DNA of 64,000 nt, taken from contig WRKO01000008.1 of NCBI GenBank assembly GCA_009782215.1, positions 7,365 through 71,364 on the forward strand, given 5' to 3'. The DNA is from Oscillospiraceae bacterium (GTDB lineage Bacteria; Bacillota; Clostridia; Oscillospirales; UBA929). A program made the translations under genes and the position numbers. The notes beneath the pieces are model-generated. The model did no database searches. It had not been told where the DNA came from and was given only the letters and a program-made list of their open reading frames with translations. The first letter of the stretch is position 1. Each line of letters begins with the position of its first letter. This document shows positions 1 to 10,754 of the stretch, piece by piece.

Positions 1-1235
1 CCGTTCAAGACAGCTAGGGTGTCGGTCTTGTAGTTGACATACACGCGAACGCTGTCGAGATCAACCGAGTCGCTGCCGATAACCGTCACGAGGTCATAAA
101 ACAGGCTCCCGTTGACGTGGGGGTTGTTTTCGACCCACGGGCCGGTGCGTCCGATGCTCATGAAAGAATCTTCCTTGTCGGCATAGGAGAAGTTACCGTA
201 GACTTGCTCCACAATGCTGGCAGCTTTGTACACCACGTTGATTTTACGGCCCACATCTTTCATTGTGATGCCGAGCTTCTCAGTGGCGTCTGCGGAAAAG
301 AAGACGCGGCCGCCGGTGCTAATGTCGCCGCCTGTGGGGTTGTTGTTAGTCACATTTCCGAGGATAGCTCTGCCGTTTTCGACCAGACTGTTGCCGAGGG
401 CGAGCCATTTGCCGTCGGAAAGGACGGTGAGGGTTTCGGTGACCAAGCCGAATTTCGTCGTAATCCATCTGGAGTCATTGGGGTCGCCGGCTCCGGCTCC
501 GCGAGCGCGGGCATAACCGCCCATGCCGGCGCCGGTGATGTTGTAGATAACGCTGCGCGCTTTGATGGTGTAATCAAGAAGCAGCGCGGCGGTGGCACGG
601 TCGATAAGACCGCCGTCCATCCAGTAGAGGTCGCCGACCATCCCTAATTGGGTGGCGATGCCGAGGATGCTCATGGTGTCAAAGGAAAAGTTGGGTTCGA
701 GGTCGGTGTTCAGACCAATGGCCTTCATGCAGAGCAGAAGGGCTTCGTTGAAGGTGATGGTCTGGTTGCCGCCGAACAGCGGGTTGTCGGGGTCGCCGCT
801 GACGCCGGCGGAGATGCCGAGGGTGCCAAACGCGTTGGCATAGCCGTTGTACCACGTTCCGGCTGTGTCGTTAAAGAGGCCGGGGGTCATTGCCATGAAG
901 TGCTGCCCGCTCTCTTCGATAGAGGAGCCGCCGTTGAGCGCTTTGTAAAGCATAACGGCGAATTCCGCGCGGGTGAGCGATTTGTCGAGCGCAAGGACGA
1001 GGTTACCGTCGCCGAGCGGGTCGGCGCCTTCGATGACGTTCAGGTCAATCATAAACTGAACGGCGTTGCTGTAGGGAACCGTAAGGGCCCCGCCGCCTTT
1101 GTCGGCGAGGACATCTTTCGCCGCAGCAGCGTCGGCGAAGTCGTCGATGGTTTTGAACGCCATAGCCGGAAGCACGAAGCTGACCGACAAAGCGAGAACC
1201 ACCGCGAGCGCGAGGAGCTTCTTGAGATTTCTCAT
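1..1235 (-). CDS. SLH-domain cell-surface protein (C-terminal part lost at window edge)
   Basis: Absent from the ORF track because it is open at the window edge. The ATG is the complement of cat 1233-1235. My translation starts MRNLKKLLALAVVLALSVSFVLPAMA (signal peptide) and contains NAVQFMIDLNVIEG...LDKSLTRAEFAVMLYKAL (SLH-type motif). The frame stays open to position 3. The + strand ORFs 117-647 and 648-1412 are its antisense shadows. Confidence 0.75.
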   Translation of the reverse strand, partial: MRNLKKLLALAVVLALSVSFVLPAMAFKTIDDFADAAAAKDVLADKGGGALTVPYSNAVQFMIDLNVIEGADPLGDGNLVLALDKSLTRAEFAVMLYKALNGGSSIEESGQHFMAMTPGLFNDTAGTWYNGYANAFGTLGISAGVSGDPDNPLFGGNQTITFNEALLLCMKAIGLNTDLEPNFSFDTMSILGIATQLGMVGDLYWMDGGLIDRATAALLLDYTIKARSVIYNITGAGMGGYARARGAGAGDPNDSRWITTKFGLVTETLTVLSDGKWLALGNSLVENGRAILGNVTNNNPTGGDISTGGRVFFSADATEKLGITMKDVGRKINVVYKAASIVEQVYGNFSYADKEDSFMSIGRTGPWVENNPHVNGSLFYDLVTVIGSDSVDLDSVRVYVNYKTDTLAVLN

Positions 1236-1381
1236 GGGGTTGGTTACCCCATGAAAATAAATTTTGAACGAATAGCGCCAATATTTGCCACAAACAGACA
1301 CAATATAACAAAATATATCATAATCTGCCACAAATCGCAATGTCAGACGGGCTCCGTCAGAAACAGCGGCGGTGGGGTGAG

Positions 1382-1410
1382 TTGCCAAGCGGGGCCTTGT
1401 GTGGTATATT
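1382..1410 (+). promoter_or_regulatory. sigma-70-like promoter upstream of the flavodoxin-like gene
   Basis: TTGCCA (1382-1387), 17-nt spacer, TGgTATATT extended -10 (TATATT 1405-1410). About 125 nt of leader lies before ATG 1536. Confidence 0.4.
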
Positions 1411-1535
1411 GAAACAATAAGGCTGGAGCCATTTGAACTGAGAAAAAGGTAACGCAATGGCACTACCCGCAGGCGGGCTGGCTCTTAGGCGCAATCCACG
1501 AAAAAATCCGACGCGAGAAATTGGGGGTGTGAGCT

Positions 1536-2258
1536 ATGAACATCGTCGTTGTGAACGGCACGGAACAAAAGGGCTGCACATACGCGATGAAAGAGCTGTT
1601 TCTTTCCGCGATGGGCGGCGATTGCGGCGTAACCGAATATAATCTGCCCCGTGACTGCCCGGTATTCTGTAGCGGATGCAAGATGTGCTTCTTCCGCGAC
1701 ATCAGCGTTTGCCCCCATTCGCGGTATACCGTGCCGATTTGGGAGGGTATATTGGCGGCGGATTTGCTGGTCTTTACCTCTCCTACCTATGTTTTCCACG
1801 TTACGGCGCAGATGAAAGCCTTGCTTGACCATTACGGCACAAAATGGATGGCGCACTCGCCCGAAAAGCCGATGTTCCAAAAGCAGGCCCTCATCATCAC
1901 GAACGCGATTGGCCAAGGGATGGGGAAAACCGCGAAAGATATTAAAGACAGCCTTGACTTTTGGGGCGTCGCGCGAACCTATGTCATCAAAAAAGCCCTT
2001 TTTCAACCGAAGTGGGAGCTTGTCCGAGACCGGACAAAGGCGGACGTGAAGGCAAAGTGCGAACGCGTCGCGGCAAAGGTCAAATCCCAAAAGCGTGTTA
2101 CGCCGCGCGCTAAAATCAAGATTCTGTTTTCCGTTATGAAAACGGCGCAGGCCATGATTGACAAATCCGAACGCAAGGCGGGGCGTGAACGCACAAGAGA
2201 TTATATCCACTGGAAAGAAAACGGCTGGTTTGACGGCAAAAAGCCTTGGACAAACTGA
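1536..2258 (+). CDS. flavodoxin-like / NAD(P)H-dependent FMN reductase family protein
   Basis: 240-aa ORF. MNIVVVNGTEQKGCTY...LLVFTSPTYVFHVTAQMKALLDH is typical of the flavodoxin-fold multimeric flavoprotein family. A Cys cluster (CPVFCSGCKMCF) is present. GGGGTG RBS-like string before the ATG. Confidence 0.8.
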   Translation: MNIVVVNGTEQKGCTYAMKELFLSAMGGDCGVTEYNLPRDCPVFCSGCKMCFFRDISVCPHSRYTVPIWEGILAADLLVFTSPTYVFHVTAQMKALLDHYGTKWMAHSPEKPMFQKQALIITNAIGQGMGKTAKDIKDSLDFWGVARTYVIKKALFQPKWELVRDRTKADVKAKCERVAAKVKSQKRVTPRAKIKILFSVMKTAQAMIDKSERKAGRERTRDYIHWKENGWFDGKKPWTN

Positions 2259-2316
2259 AGAACAAGTTAGATAATCAGGTTGTGCGTAAACTTGTGAGCG
2301 AAAGGGGGACGCTGAC

Positions 2317-3081
2317 ATGAGATTGAAAGACAAGGTCGCCGTGGTCACCGGCGGGGCGCAGGGGTTTGGCGCGGGCATCGCGCAGTGCCTCGCGGACGAG
2401 GGCGCGGCTGTGGTTGTCGCCGATCTGAAGGGCGGGATAATCACCGATGTGACGAACGAACGCGATGTGGAGGCGCTCTGCGATACCGTCATGGAGCGGC
2501 ACGGGCGGCTGGATATCTTCATCTCAAACGCGGGGATTCTCAAGGCGGGCGGGCTGGATGAAATGAGCCTTGAGGACTTCGAGCTGGTCACTAGGGTCAA
2601 CTACATCGCCTTCTTCCTCTGCGCCAAGGCGGCGGCGCGGGTAATGAAAGCCCAGCGGGAGCGGCGCCCGGACAGGACGTACGATATCATTCAAATCAAC
2701 AGCAAGTCCGGCTTGGAAGGGTCGAAGAAAAACTTCGCATACGCGGGCGGCAAGTTCGGCGGCATAGGCTTGGTTCAGTCGTTCGCGCTGGAGCTGGTGG
2801 AATACGGCATCAAGGTCAACGCCGTCTGCCCCGGCAATTACTTCGAGGGGCCGCTGTGGAGCGACGCGGAGCGCGGCCTGTTCGCGCAGTACCTCAAGGC
2901 GGGCAAGGTTCCCGGCGCGAAAACGGCGGCGGATGTGCGGCGGTTTTATGAGGACAAAATACCGATGAAGCGCGGCTGCGCGCCGGAGGACGTCGCGAGG
3001 GCCATCCTCTATTGCGTCGAACAGCAATACGAGACGGGACAGGCCATCCCGGTCACCGGCGGACAGGTGATGCTCAAATGA
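2317..3081 (+). CDS. short-chain dehydrogenase/reductase, sorbitol-6-phosphate dehydrogenase (SrlD)-like
   Basis: TGGAQGFG Rossmann motif. NSKSG...YAGGKFGGIGL catalytic region and the C-terminal GQAIPVTGGQVMLK closely parallel E. coli SrlD and the SDR half of Bacillus YuxG-type rhamnulose-1-P aldolase/dehydrogenase fusions (from memory). Confidence 0.9.
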   Translation: MRLKDKVAVVTGGAQGFGAGIAQCLADEGAAVVVADLKGGIITDVTNERDVEALCDTVMERHGRLDIFISNAGILKAGGLDEMSLEDFELVTRVNYIAFFLCAKAAARVMKAQRERRPDRTYDIIQINSKSGLEGSKKNFAYAGGKFGGIGLVQSFALELVEYGIKVNAVCPGNYFEGPLWSDAERGLFAQYLKAGKVPGAKTAADVRRFYEDKIPMKRGCAPEDVARAILYCVEQQYETGQAIPVTGGQVMLK

Positions 3082-4010
3082 ACTGTGACGTCAACAACCA
3101 CATCCACACCACCTACTCGTTTTCGCCCTACACCCCGGCGGCGGCGGTGCAAAAAGCCGTGGAATCGGGGCTGGCGGCGGCGGGGATTGTAGACCATGAC
3201 ACCGTGGCGGGCGCGCCGGAGTTCATCGCGGAGGGTAAACGGCTGGGATTGCCCGTGACGGTGGGGTTTGAGCTGCGCGTGTCCCACGCGCACACGGATA
3301 TCGGCCGCCGCCGCACCAACCACCCCGACCAGAACGACATCTCCTACCTCACCGTCCATGCCGTGCCGGACGCGAAGCTTGACGCCGTGACGGCGTTCCT
3401 CGCACCCGTCCGCAAGGCGAGGGGAGAGCGCAACCGGGAAATGTGCAAGCGGCTGGGGCTGAACTATGACGCCGAGGTTTTGCCGCTGTCGATGCACCAT
3501 AAGGGCGGTACGGTGACCGAGCGGCACATCCTCTTTGCCAAAGCCCAGCAGGATTACGCCGAGCTGGCGCGGCTGAAAGCGGCGTTTACCGAATACATCC
3601 CCGCCGGACGGGAGGAGTGTCCCGGTATCGACGCGGTCTTGCGGTTTGCGGACGAACACAGCCTGATTGCGGCATACCCGTATCTGGGCGACGTGACCAA
3701 ATCCGTCACCGGGGATAAGAAGCCGCAGATGTTTGAGGACGCGTACCTAGACGAACTGATACACATCCTATATGAATTGGGCGTCCGCGCCGTCACCTAC
3801 ATGCCCTCCCGAAACACGCGGGCGCAGTTGCTCCGTCTGCGGGCGCTGTGCGAGAAATATGGTATGCTGCAAATCTGCGGCGAGGACATCAATTCACCCG
3901 ACCAGCCGTTTGTCTGCGAAGCGCTGCGTGACCCTCTGTTTGATAACCTCCGGGAATCGACATGGGCGCTGATAAAAAGAGAAGGGCGGCAGGGAAAACA
4001 CACACAATAA
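3078..4010 (+). CDS. PHP (polymerase/histidinol phosphatase) domain metal-dependent phosphoesterase
   Basis: ATG 3078 overlaps the SDR stop (ATGA). MNCDVNNHIHTTYSFSPY...GIVDHDTV is the PHP N-terminal His motif. The track ORF 3012-4010 extends upstream in the same frame. Confidence 0.8.
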   Translation: MNCDVNNHIHTTYSFSPYTPAAAVQKAVESGLAAAGIVDHDTVAGAPEFIAEGKRLGLPVTVGFELRVSHAHTDIGRRRTNHPDQNDISYLTVHAVPDAKLDAVTAFLAPVRKARGERNREMCKRLGLNYDAEVLPLSMHHKGGTVTERHILFAKAQQDYAELARLKAAFTEYIPAGREECPGIDAVLRFADEHSLIAAYPYLGDVTKSVTGDKKPQMFEDAYLDELIHILYELGVRAVTYMPSRNTRAQLLRLRALCEKYGMLQICGEDINSPDQPFVCEALRDPLFDNLRESTWALIKREGRQGKHTQ

Positions 4011-4036
4011 CTATATGTATAGCAACGGAGGGAGAA

Positions 4037-4867
4037 ATGACTTCATTTGTTCTAAAATTGATAGCCATACTCGCTATGCTGGCAGACCATATCGCAAAGG
4101 TATTCGGTCAGGAATTTACAGGCATATTTTTTCCTGATTCCTTAGAAGCGTCATACAATATGATGCAAATAATGGAAATTATGGGCAGGTTGACATTTCC
4201 CCTTATGGCGTTTTTTATTGCGGAGGGGTGCAGAAAAACAAGCAACATCACAAAGTACATAATGCGCTTGCTTGGATTTGCGTTTCTGTCGCAAATCCCA
4301 TACACGTTGGCTTTGTACGCCACGAATGGCTTAGGCAGTGAAAATCCACACGCGCAATTCGGCACGCATATAACATTTTTTGATATCGGTTCTCCGAATG
4401 TATTGTTTACTTTGGCGTTTGGGGCTTTGGCAATCTTTCTTTATGAAAAGCTAAGACACAAGCCCGTATCTTTCGTGTTTGCGGCACTCATCATTGCAGC
4501 CGCCGGATTATTGAAATTTGAATATTCCTTTTTCGGTGTATTGTTGATTTTCGTGGCATACGCGCTTCCCGCAAGAAAAACTCAAATACTCGGGATGGCG
4601 ATTGTGCTGTCAGTCCTATATTTAGGATATGGCGGCGGTCTGCAAAATGCGCTTAATATGTTTGACGCGCCCCGCCCTTTGGCGGAAAATATTTTCCACG
4701 CAATAATAAGCGGGGTCGGACAATGGTTCGGCGCGCTCGCTTCTCTGCTTCTGCTGTATTTTTACAATGGAGAGCGCGGAAAGAAAGCAAAATATTCGTT
4801 CTATATATTTTACCCCGCGCATTTGCTCGTTTTGGCAGTTATTCGTGAGATGATAAGATATTTTTAG
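4037..4867 (+). CDS. TraX family membrane protein
   Basis: GGAGGGAGAA RBS, then ATG 4037. MTSFVLKLIAILAMLADHIAKVF and the multi-TM body match the TraX family. The gene is visibly AT-richer than its flanks. Confidence 0.8.
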   Translation: MTSFVLKLIAILAMLADHIAKVFGQEFTGIFFPDSLEASYNMMQIMEIMGRLTFPLMAFFIAEGCRKTSNITKYIMRLLGFAFLSQIPYTLALYATNGLGSENPHAQFGTHITFFDIGSPNVLFTLAFGALAIFLYEKLRHKPVSFVFAALIIAAAGLLKFEYSFFGVLLIFVAYALPARKTQILGMAIVLSVLYLGYGGGLQNALNMFDAPRPLAENIFHAIISGVGQWFGALASLLLLYFYNGERGKKAKYSFYIFYPAHLLVLAVIREMIRYF

Positions 4868-4941
4868 CGGATAATAAACACACCCCCATATATACCGAAA
4901 ACCGCGCTATTCCCTACTAAATAGATTAAGGTGGAGAGGAT

Positions 4942-5712
4942 ATGTTACAACAACTCGCGTATCTGTCCCAAAGCGCCGGTTCCCGCGCGGACTATGTGCA
5001 GGGCGGCGGCGGCAACACGTCGGTTAAGCTCGGCAACGGCCTGATGGCGATTAAGGCGTCGGGCTACCGCTTGCGCCAAGTCACCGAGACGGACGGCTTT
5101 GCCGTCGTGGAGGTGGATACCCTCAAGGACGTGACCGTTGAGCAGGGCTACAAAGAGCTGCGCCCGTCCGTGGAGGTGGGTTTCCACGCCCTGCTGAGGA
5201 CGTTTGTGCTGCACACCCATCCCGTCTACGCCAACCTCGCGCTATGCTCCGAGGGAGGGCTGGAGAAGCTGGAGGATTTGATGGAGGATATCCCCTACAT
5301 CACCGTGCCGTATGTCAACCCCGGCGCGGATTTGTGCGCGGCGATTAAAGAAAGGCTGAAGCCTGACACCAAGGTACTATTCATGCAAAACCACGGTCTG
5401 GTGGTGACGGCGGACACGGCGGAGGAGTGCTTGGCGCTCCAAGACGAGATTAACGAACGCGTCGGCAGGGCGTACGGCGTGACGCGGGAATCCTTTGACG
5501 CGTTTTCTATGGAAATCGGCAAGACGCTGTACCCCGACCAGCAGGTGTATCTGAACCTGACCGAAATCCAGCGCGAGGTGATGACCGCCGTGATGTTCAT
5601 TCAGTTTACCCTGATGAATAACGCCCTGTCCGCCCGCCCGATGGACTCTGCCGCGATGGGCTACATAGCGGGCTGGGAAGGCGAAGCATACAGAAAGAAG
5701 GTATTGACATGA
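4942..5712 (+). CDS. class II aldolase/adducin-domain protein (rhamnulose-1-phosphate aldolase-like)
   Basis: GGGGNTS...IKASG...[10 protein letters not shown] motifs of class II aldolases. Overlaps the rhaA start by 4 nt. Confidence 0.85.
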   Translation: MLQQLAYLSQSAGSRADYVQGGGGNTSVKLGNGLMAIKASGYRLRQVTETDGFAVVEVDTLKDVTVEQGYKELRPSVEVGFHALLRTFVLHTHPVYANLALCSEGGLEKLEDLMEDIPYITVPYVNPGADLCAAIKERLKPDTKVLFMQNHGLVVTADTAEECLALQDEINERVGRAYGVTRESFDAFSMEIGKTLYPDQQVYLNLTEIQREVMTAVMFIQFTLMNNALSARPMDSAAMGYIAGWEGEAYRKKVLT

Positions 5713-6902
5713 ACGCTTACACCTTTGTCAAGGAGCAATACGCCGCGCTCGGCATAGACACCGAGAACGCCATCAAAACGCTTGATACGATTCCCGTCTC
5801 GATGCACTGCTGGCAGGGCGACGACGTGCGCGGCTTTGAACAGCGCGGCGGCGCGTTGTCCGGCGGACTCCAAGCCACCGGCAGCCATCCCGGCGCGGCG
5901 AACAACGCGGACGGGCTGCGGAGTATGATTGACCAAGCGTTAGCCTTGATTCCCGGCACAACACGCATCAACCTCCACGCCATGTACGGCGACGTGAAGG
6001 GTGTGGAGCGGAACGAAATCGAGCCAACGCATTTTGCCGCGTGGGTTGACTGGGCGAAAGCGCGTAAGCTCGCGCTGGACTTCAACCCCACGCTGTTCAG
6101 CCATCCCAAATCTGCCGACGGGCTGACGCTGTCCCACCCCGACAAAGCCGTGCGGGACTTTTGGATTGAACACTGCAAGCGCAGCCGCACAATCGCGGCA
6201 GCCTTCACCAAAGAGCTGAACAGCCCGTCCGTCTGCAACCTGTGGATTACCGACGGGTTCAAGGACGTTCCCGCCGACACGCTGACGCCGCGCCAACGTC
6301 TGGTTGACGCGCTGGATGAGATTTTCGCCGAGAATTTAGACGTGATCGACGCGGTGGAGAGCAAGCTGTTCGGCATCGGCGTGGAGAGCTATACCGTGGG
6401 GAGCCATGAGTTCTATATGGGCTATGCTATCAAGAACAACCTCGCCCTCTGTCTGGACGCGGGGCATTTCCACCCCACGGAGGTCGTCAGCGCGAAAATC
6501 AGCGCCGTGTCGCTGTTCGTACAGCGTTTGCTTCTGCACGTCTCCCGCCCGGTGCGCTGGGACAGCGACCATGTCATCCTGCTGGACGACGAGCTGATCG
6601 CCATCGCCAAGGAGATTGTTCGGCACAACCTGCTTGACCGCGTACACATCGGCTTAGACTACTTCGACGGCTCAATCGACCGTATAACCGCGTGGGCGGT
6701 GGGGATGCGCAACATGCGCAAAGCGCTGCTGATTGCCCTGCTTGAGCCGTATGAGCGGATGAAAGAGGCGGAGCATCGCTTCGACTTCACAACCCGCCTG
6801 ACGCTGACCGAGGAGTGCAAAACCCTCCCGTGGGCGGCGGTGTGGGACGAATACTGCGCCCGTGCGGGTAAGCCGGCTCGGTTGAGTATACAGGGAAATT
6901 AA
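5709..6902 (+). CDS. rhaA: L-rhamnose isomerase
   Basis: Near-colinear with E. coli RhaA from memory: [76 protein letters not shown]. Confidence 0.95.
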   Translation: MNAYTFVKEQYAALGIDTENAIKTLDTIPVSMHCWQGDDVRGFEQRGGALSGGLQATGSHPGAANNADGLRSMIDQALALIPGTTRINLHAMYGDVKGVERNEIEPTHFAAWVDWAKARKLALDFNPTLFSHPKSADGLTLSHPDKAVRDFWIEHCKRSRTIAAAFTKELNSPSVCNLWITDGFKDVPADTLTPRQRLVDALDEIFAENLDVIDAVESKLFGIGVESYTVGSHEFYMGYAIKNNLALCLDAGHFHPTEVVSAKISAVSLFVQRLLLHVSRPVRWDSDHVILLDDELIAIAKEIVRHNLLDRVHIGLDYFDGSIDRITAWAVGMRNMRKALLIALLEPYERMKEAEHRFDFTTRLTLTEECKTLPWAAVWDEYCARAGKPARLSIQGN

Positions 6903-6906
6903 CCGT

Positions 6907-6931
6907 GATTGTGCGGCGAAGCCGCGCAATC
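6907..6931. terminator. bidirectional hairpin between convergent rhaA and the kinase gene
   Basis: GATTGTGCGGC-GAA-GCCGCGCAATC (11-bp stem with one G-T pair) in the 34-nt gap between the stops at 6902 and 6937. Confidence 0.5.
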
Positions 6932-6936
6932 AAAGT

Positions 6937-8622
6937 TTACAAACGAGCATCCACCGCGATCCAGCACGCCACCGTCGTGCCTTCGCCCTCCGCGCTCTGC
7001 AGCTCGACCCGGCCGCCGTGGTGTTCGGCGATGTGCTTGACGATGGACATCCCCAAGCCCGTGCCGCCGGTTTTTTTGAAGCGGGATTTATCCGCGCGGT
7101 AAAACCGCTCAAAAACCCGGCTGTGATGCTCGGATGAAATCCCGATGCCGGTGTCGGCGACGGCGATTTTGCAAAAATCACCCTCCCGCGATAACGCAAC
7201 CGTGACCTCGCCGTTTTCCTTGTTATACTTGATGGCGTTGTCAATCAAATTATACAGTAGCTCGTCAATCATCCGCCGATTGGCCGTCACGCGCAGCCAG
7301 TCGCCGGTTACGCCGACGGCGACGCGCTTTTCGGCCGCTTTCTCGCGCAGCGCCTCCACAACGGATTTCGCCAACTCACATACATCAAACTCTGAATACT
7401 CCCGGCTGACGTTGCCTTCATCGAACTCGGAGAGCCGTATGATGTCCTCGATAATGCCGATTAAACGCCGCGCCTGCACTGTAATTTTCTCCGCGAAGCC
7501 TTGCACATCCTCCGCTTTTGCCATGCCATTCTCTATCATTTCGGCCAGCGCGGATATGGACGTCAGCGGCGTTTTCAATTCATGGGACACATTCGCGGAA
7601 AACTCCCGCCGCTGCTTTTCGGTTTCATACCGTTCAGTAATGTCAAACAGAAGAATCGCGCCGCCGTTGAACTCTCCGCCATTGCGCACAGGGCTGAAAT
7701 AGACGCTGTAAACGTTCCCGCCGCGTTCCATCTCAAGCTCCGCGCCCATACCGGCAAGGCATTGCTTGACGCCCTGCGCGAAGTCAATGTCGCGGCAGAT
7801 ATGCAGGATGCTCTTCTGCATCATATCGCTTTCACGAAACACCTTCGACGCGCTTTTGTTGGCAATCAGCACCGAGCCGGCTCCGTCGATTAAGACCAAT
7901 CCCTCTTTCATGTTGCCGGTGATCACCTCGATGGTATCTGTGCGGTTTTTCAAGGCGGCAATCTGCGCGGCAATCTCGCGCTTCTGCTGGTCTATCTTTT
8001 TCGCGTAGGGGATCAGCTCGTCGTACACGGCGGCGTTGTCCCCGTCAAAATCAATCTCGCTCAACGGACGAAGGATATTCCGAGCAAGGCGGCGGGCGGC
8101 GAAATTGGCAATCAGCAGCACAAGAACCGTCACGGCGGCGATCGTAAACAGGATGGCGGTAAATGTGCCGACAATGCTGCTCACCGTCATGGAAACGCGT
8201 AGCACATTTCCGTCGTCAAGGCGTATGGCGTAGTAATATGTGCTTGCGCCCAATGTGCCGGAGTAACGGGTCGATTCCCCGCGCCCGATTTGTATGGCCA
8301 GACTGAATTCCTCCCGGTCGCCGTGATTTTCCATTGACGTGGCGGCGGCTTTGTTATCCAGTAAAACCGTGCCGTCCGGCGCGATGATTGTCAGCCGCGC
8401 CGCGTCTGAATCGCGGTTGACATAATCGGCATACCGGCCTTCTGAGCCGTCCATGCCCCGATTGAGTATGTCGGCGGCCAGCACAGCCCTATCTTTAATG
8501 GCGGCTTTCTCTTGGTTGACGATCACATAATACATGATTCCGCTGACCGACGCCGACAGCAGCAGGGAGCATAATAAAATCAAACCGAGAAAGTTAAAAT
8601 AAATGCGTTTCTTCAACTGCAA
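6937..8622 (-). CDS. phoR: PhoR-like sensor histidine kinase
   Basis: 561 aa with an N-terminal TM, a second TM, a PAS-like region, the H-box SHELKTPLTSI and HATPase motifs (DNAIKY, DTGIGI, GGTGLGMSI). Adjacent to an OmpR-type regulator and phoU-pst. Confidence 0.9.
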   Translation of the reverse strand: MQLKKRIYFNFLGLILLCSLLLSASVSGIMYYVIVNQEKAAIKDRAVLAADILNRGMDGSEGRYADYVNRDSDAARLTIIAPDGTVLLDNKAAATSMENHGDREEFSLAIQIGRGESTRYSGTLGASTYYYAIRLDDGNVLRVSMTVSSIVGTFTAILFTIAAVTVLVLLIANFAARRLARNILRPLSEIDFDGDNAAVYDELIPYAKKIDQQKREIAAQIAALKNRTDTIEVITGNMKEGLVLIDGAGSVLIANKSASKVFRESDMMQKSILHICRDIDFAQGVKQCLAGMGAELEMERGGNVYSVYFSPVRNGGEFNGGAILLFDITERYETEKQRREFSANVSHELKTPLTSISALAEMIENGMAKAEDVQGFAEKITVQARRLIGIIEDIIRLSEFDEGNVSREYSEFDVCELAKSVVEALREKAAEKRVAVGVTGDWLRVTANRRMIDELLYNLIDNAIKYNKENGEVTVALSREGDFCKIAVADTGIGISSEHHSRVFERFYRADKSRFKKTGGTGLGMSIVKHIAEHHGGRVELQSAEGEGTTVACWIAVDARL

Positions 8623-9300
8623 TCACCCTCCGAACCGATAGCCGACATTGCGAATCGTTTTGATATATTTCCCTGCCGCGCCCAGCTTTTGCCGGAGCGA
8701 CCGTATGTGCATATCAAGCGTCCGGCTCTCGCCCTCAAAATCATAACCCCATACCGCCTCCATAAGCTTATCCCGGCTCAACGCCAATTCCTTGTTGAGC
8801 AGCAAATAATGCAGCAGCTCAAACTCTTTATAGGTGAGCGTTACCGCCATACCGCCTATGGTAACGGCGCGGCGGGCCATGTCAAGCGCGATAGGCCCGT
8901 ATTCCAAAGCATCGCCCGGCTCCGCAGACGCCCCGCTCCGCCGCAGAACGGCGTTGACGCGCGAAATCAATTCCATCACGCCGAACGGCTTGGCTATATA
9001 ATCATCCGCGCCCATGTCCAGTCCCTTCACCTTGTCAAATTCACTGCCCTTGGCGGTCAGCAGGATGATGGGAAGCGTCTTTGTCCGCGGGGTGTCCCGC
9101 AGCTTTCTTAAAATAGACAGGCCGTCGTCCCCCGGCAGCATAATGTCCAGCAAGACGAGATTCGGCACGGCCATATCCATCGCGGCGAACAGCTCCGCGC
9201 CAGATTCAAACCCAGCCGACTCAAACCCTGCCGATTGCAAAGCGTACAGCACAATCTCGCGGATATTTTCATCGTCCTCGGCAATATAGATTTTTGCCAT
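8623..9300 (-). CDS. phoP: OmpR/PhoB-family response regulator
   Basis: MAKIYIAEDDENIREI...LLDIMLPGDDG receiver domain plus a winged-helix C-terminus (IRNVGYRF). ATG at 9300. The track ORF starts at an upstream GTG (9309). Confidence 0.9.
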   Translation of the reverse strand: MAKIYIAEDDENIREIVLYALQSAGFESAGFESGAELFAAMDMAVPNLVLLDIMLPGDDGLSILRKLRDTPRTKTLPIILLTAKGSEFDKVKGLDMGADDYIAKPFGVMELISRVNAVLRRSGASAEPGDALEYGPIALDMARRAVTIGGMAVTLTYKEFELLHYLLLNKELALSRDKLMEAVWGYDFEGESRTLDMHIRSLRQKLGAAGKYIKTIRNVGYRFGG

Positions 9301-9305
9301 ACCGC

Positions 9306-9956
9306 TCACCCCTTGTCATGCTTCCCCGTTATCGAAAAGACCACCCACTCGGCAATGTTGACGGCGTGGTCGCCGATGCGCTCAAAGTATTTGGCGACCA
9401 TCAGCAAGTCCATCGCCTGCTCCCCGTTGTTGCCGTCGGCGCGGGTCAGCTCGATTAAGTCGCGCCGGACGGTGATGAACAAATCATCCACCACATCATC
9501 ATATTCGATAACCGCTTTGGCCAAGTCCAAATCTTTCTTGACAAAAGCGTCAATGCTTTCCGTCACCATCTTCGCCGTGGCCTCAGCCATTTTCGGAATG
9601 TGTTCAAGCCTGTTGATATAGGTTGTGTCGGCAAGATACAGCGTAATTTCTGAGATATCGGCGGCTTGGTCGCCGATACGTTCGATGTCGGTAATCATTT
9701 TCAGCGCCGACGATACCGTCCGCAGGTCCTTCGCCACCGGCTGTTGCTGTAAAAGCAGCTTCAGGCACAGCGCCTCAATATCCTTTTCTTTCTGGTCTAT
9801 CTTCGCGTCAAAAGCGACGGCTTTCTTGGCAAGGGATGTATCCTGCTTTTCCAGCGCCTCGATTGCGAGGGCTATGGCTTTCTCAACCAACGCGCCCATT
9901 TCAATCATCATGTCTTTCAGCAGTTTAAGCTGTTCCCTGAATACGTTCCGCATCAC
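9306..9956 (-). CDS. phoU: phosphate signalling complex protein PhoU
   Basis: 216 aa with a duplicated helical repeat. The IERIGDQA and [13 protein letters not shown] motifs are diagnostic of PhoU. Confidence 0.9.
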   Translation of the reverse strand: MMRNVFREQLKLLKDMMIEMGALVEKAIALAIEALEKQDTSLAKKAVAFDAKIDQKEKDIEALCLKLLLQQQPVAKDLRTVSSALKMITDIERIGDQAADISEITLYLADTTYINRLEHIPKMAEATAKMVTESIDAFVKKDLDLAKAVIEYDDVVDDLFITVRRDLIELTRADGNNGEQAMDLLMVAKYFERIGDHAVNIAEWVVFSITGKHDKG

Positions 9957-10702
9957 CCGAACCTCCCCGTAATATAATCCTCGCAGCGTTTCTCGCGCGG
10001 GTTGGAGAAAACCTGCTGCGTATCGCCGTATTCCACCATCTCGCCCAGCAGGAAGAACGCGGTCTTATCCGATATGCGCGTCGCCTGCTGCATATTGTGG
10101 GTGACGATGACGACGGTGTATTGTTCCTTCAGCTCCGTCACCAAGTCCTCAATCTTAGCGGTCGAGATGGGGTCTAACGCGCTGGTCGGCTCGTCCATCA
10201 GTAGCACCTCCGGCTCCACCGACAGCGCCCGCGCAATGCAAAGCCGCTGCTGCTGACCGCCGGAAAGAGACAACGCGCTCTTTTTCAGCCTGTCCTTCGT
10301 CTCCTCCCAGATGGCCGCGTCACGGAGGGATTTTTCCACAATTTCATCCAGCCGGTATCGGCTCTTCACGCCGTGTGTGCGCGGCCCGAACGCGATGTTA
10401 TCGTAAATGCTCATCGGGAACGGATTGGGCTTTTGGAACACCATCCCCACACGCTTGCGGAGCAGGTTGACGTCTATATTGCCGTATATATCTTCCCCGT
10501 CGAGAAGGATAGACCCCTTGACCTTGCAGCCTTCAATCAAGTCATTCATACGGTTCAGGGTTTTGATGAGGGTTGACTTCCCGCATCCCGACGGGCCGAT
10601 AAAGGCGGTGATTTGATTGGCTTCTATGTCCATCGAAACGCTGTGCAGCGCCTTAAAGTCATTATACCACAAGTCCGTATTCAAAATCTCAAATTTTTTC
10701 AT
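9953..10702 (-). CDS. pstB: phosphate ABC transporter ATP-binding protein
   Basis: Walker [10 protein letters not shown], signature LSGGQQQR, Walker [15 protein letters not shown] 10702 gives [13 protein letters not shown]. The track ORF extends 11 codons upstream. Confidence 0.95.
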   Translation of the reverse strand: MKKFEILNTDLWYNDFKALHSVSMDIEANQITAFIGPSGCGKSTLIKTLNRMNDLIEGCKVKGSILLDGEDIYGNIDVNLLRKRVGMVFQKPNPFPMSIYDNIAFGPRTHGVKSRYRLDEIVEKSLRDAAIWEETKDRLKKSALSLSGGQQQRLCIARALSVEPEVLLMDEPTSALDPISTAKIEDLVTELKEQYTVVIVTHNMQQATRISDKTAFFLLGEMVEYGDTQQVFSNPREKRCEDYITGRFG

Positions 10703-10754
10703 AACCTTCCCCTGTCTCGCGCCCGCGGGCGCCATTGTCGGCGGCGACCCGCCG

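Noticed and set aside
1485-2600. 371-aa minus-strand ORF
   Set aside because: It is antisense to the flavodoxin-like and SDR genes and spans their intergenic gap. No motifs are present.
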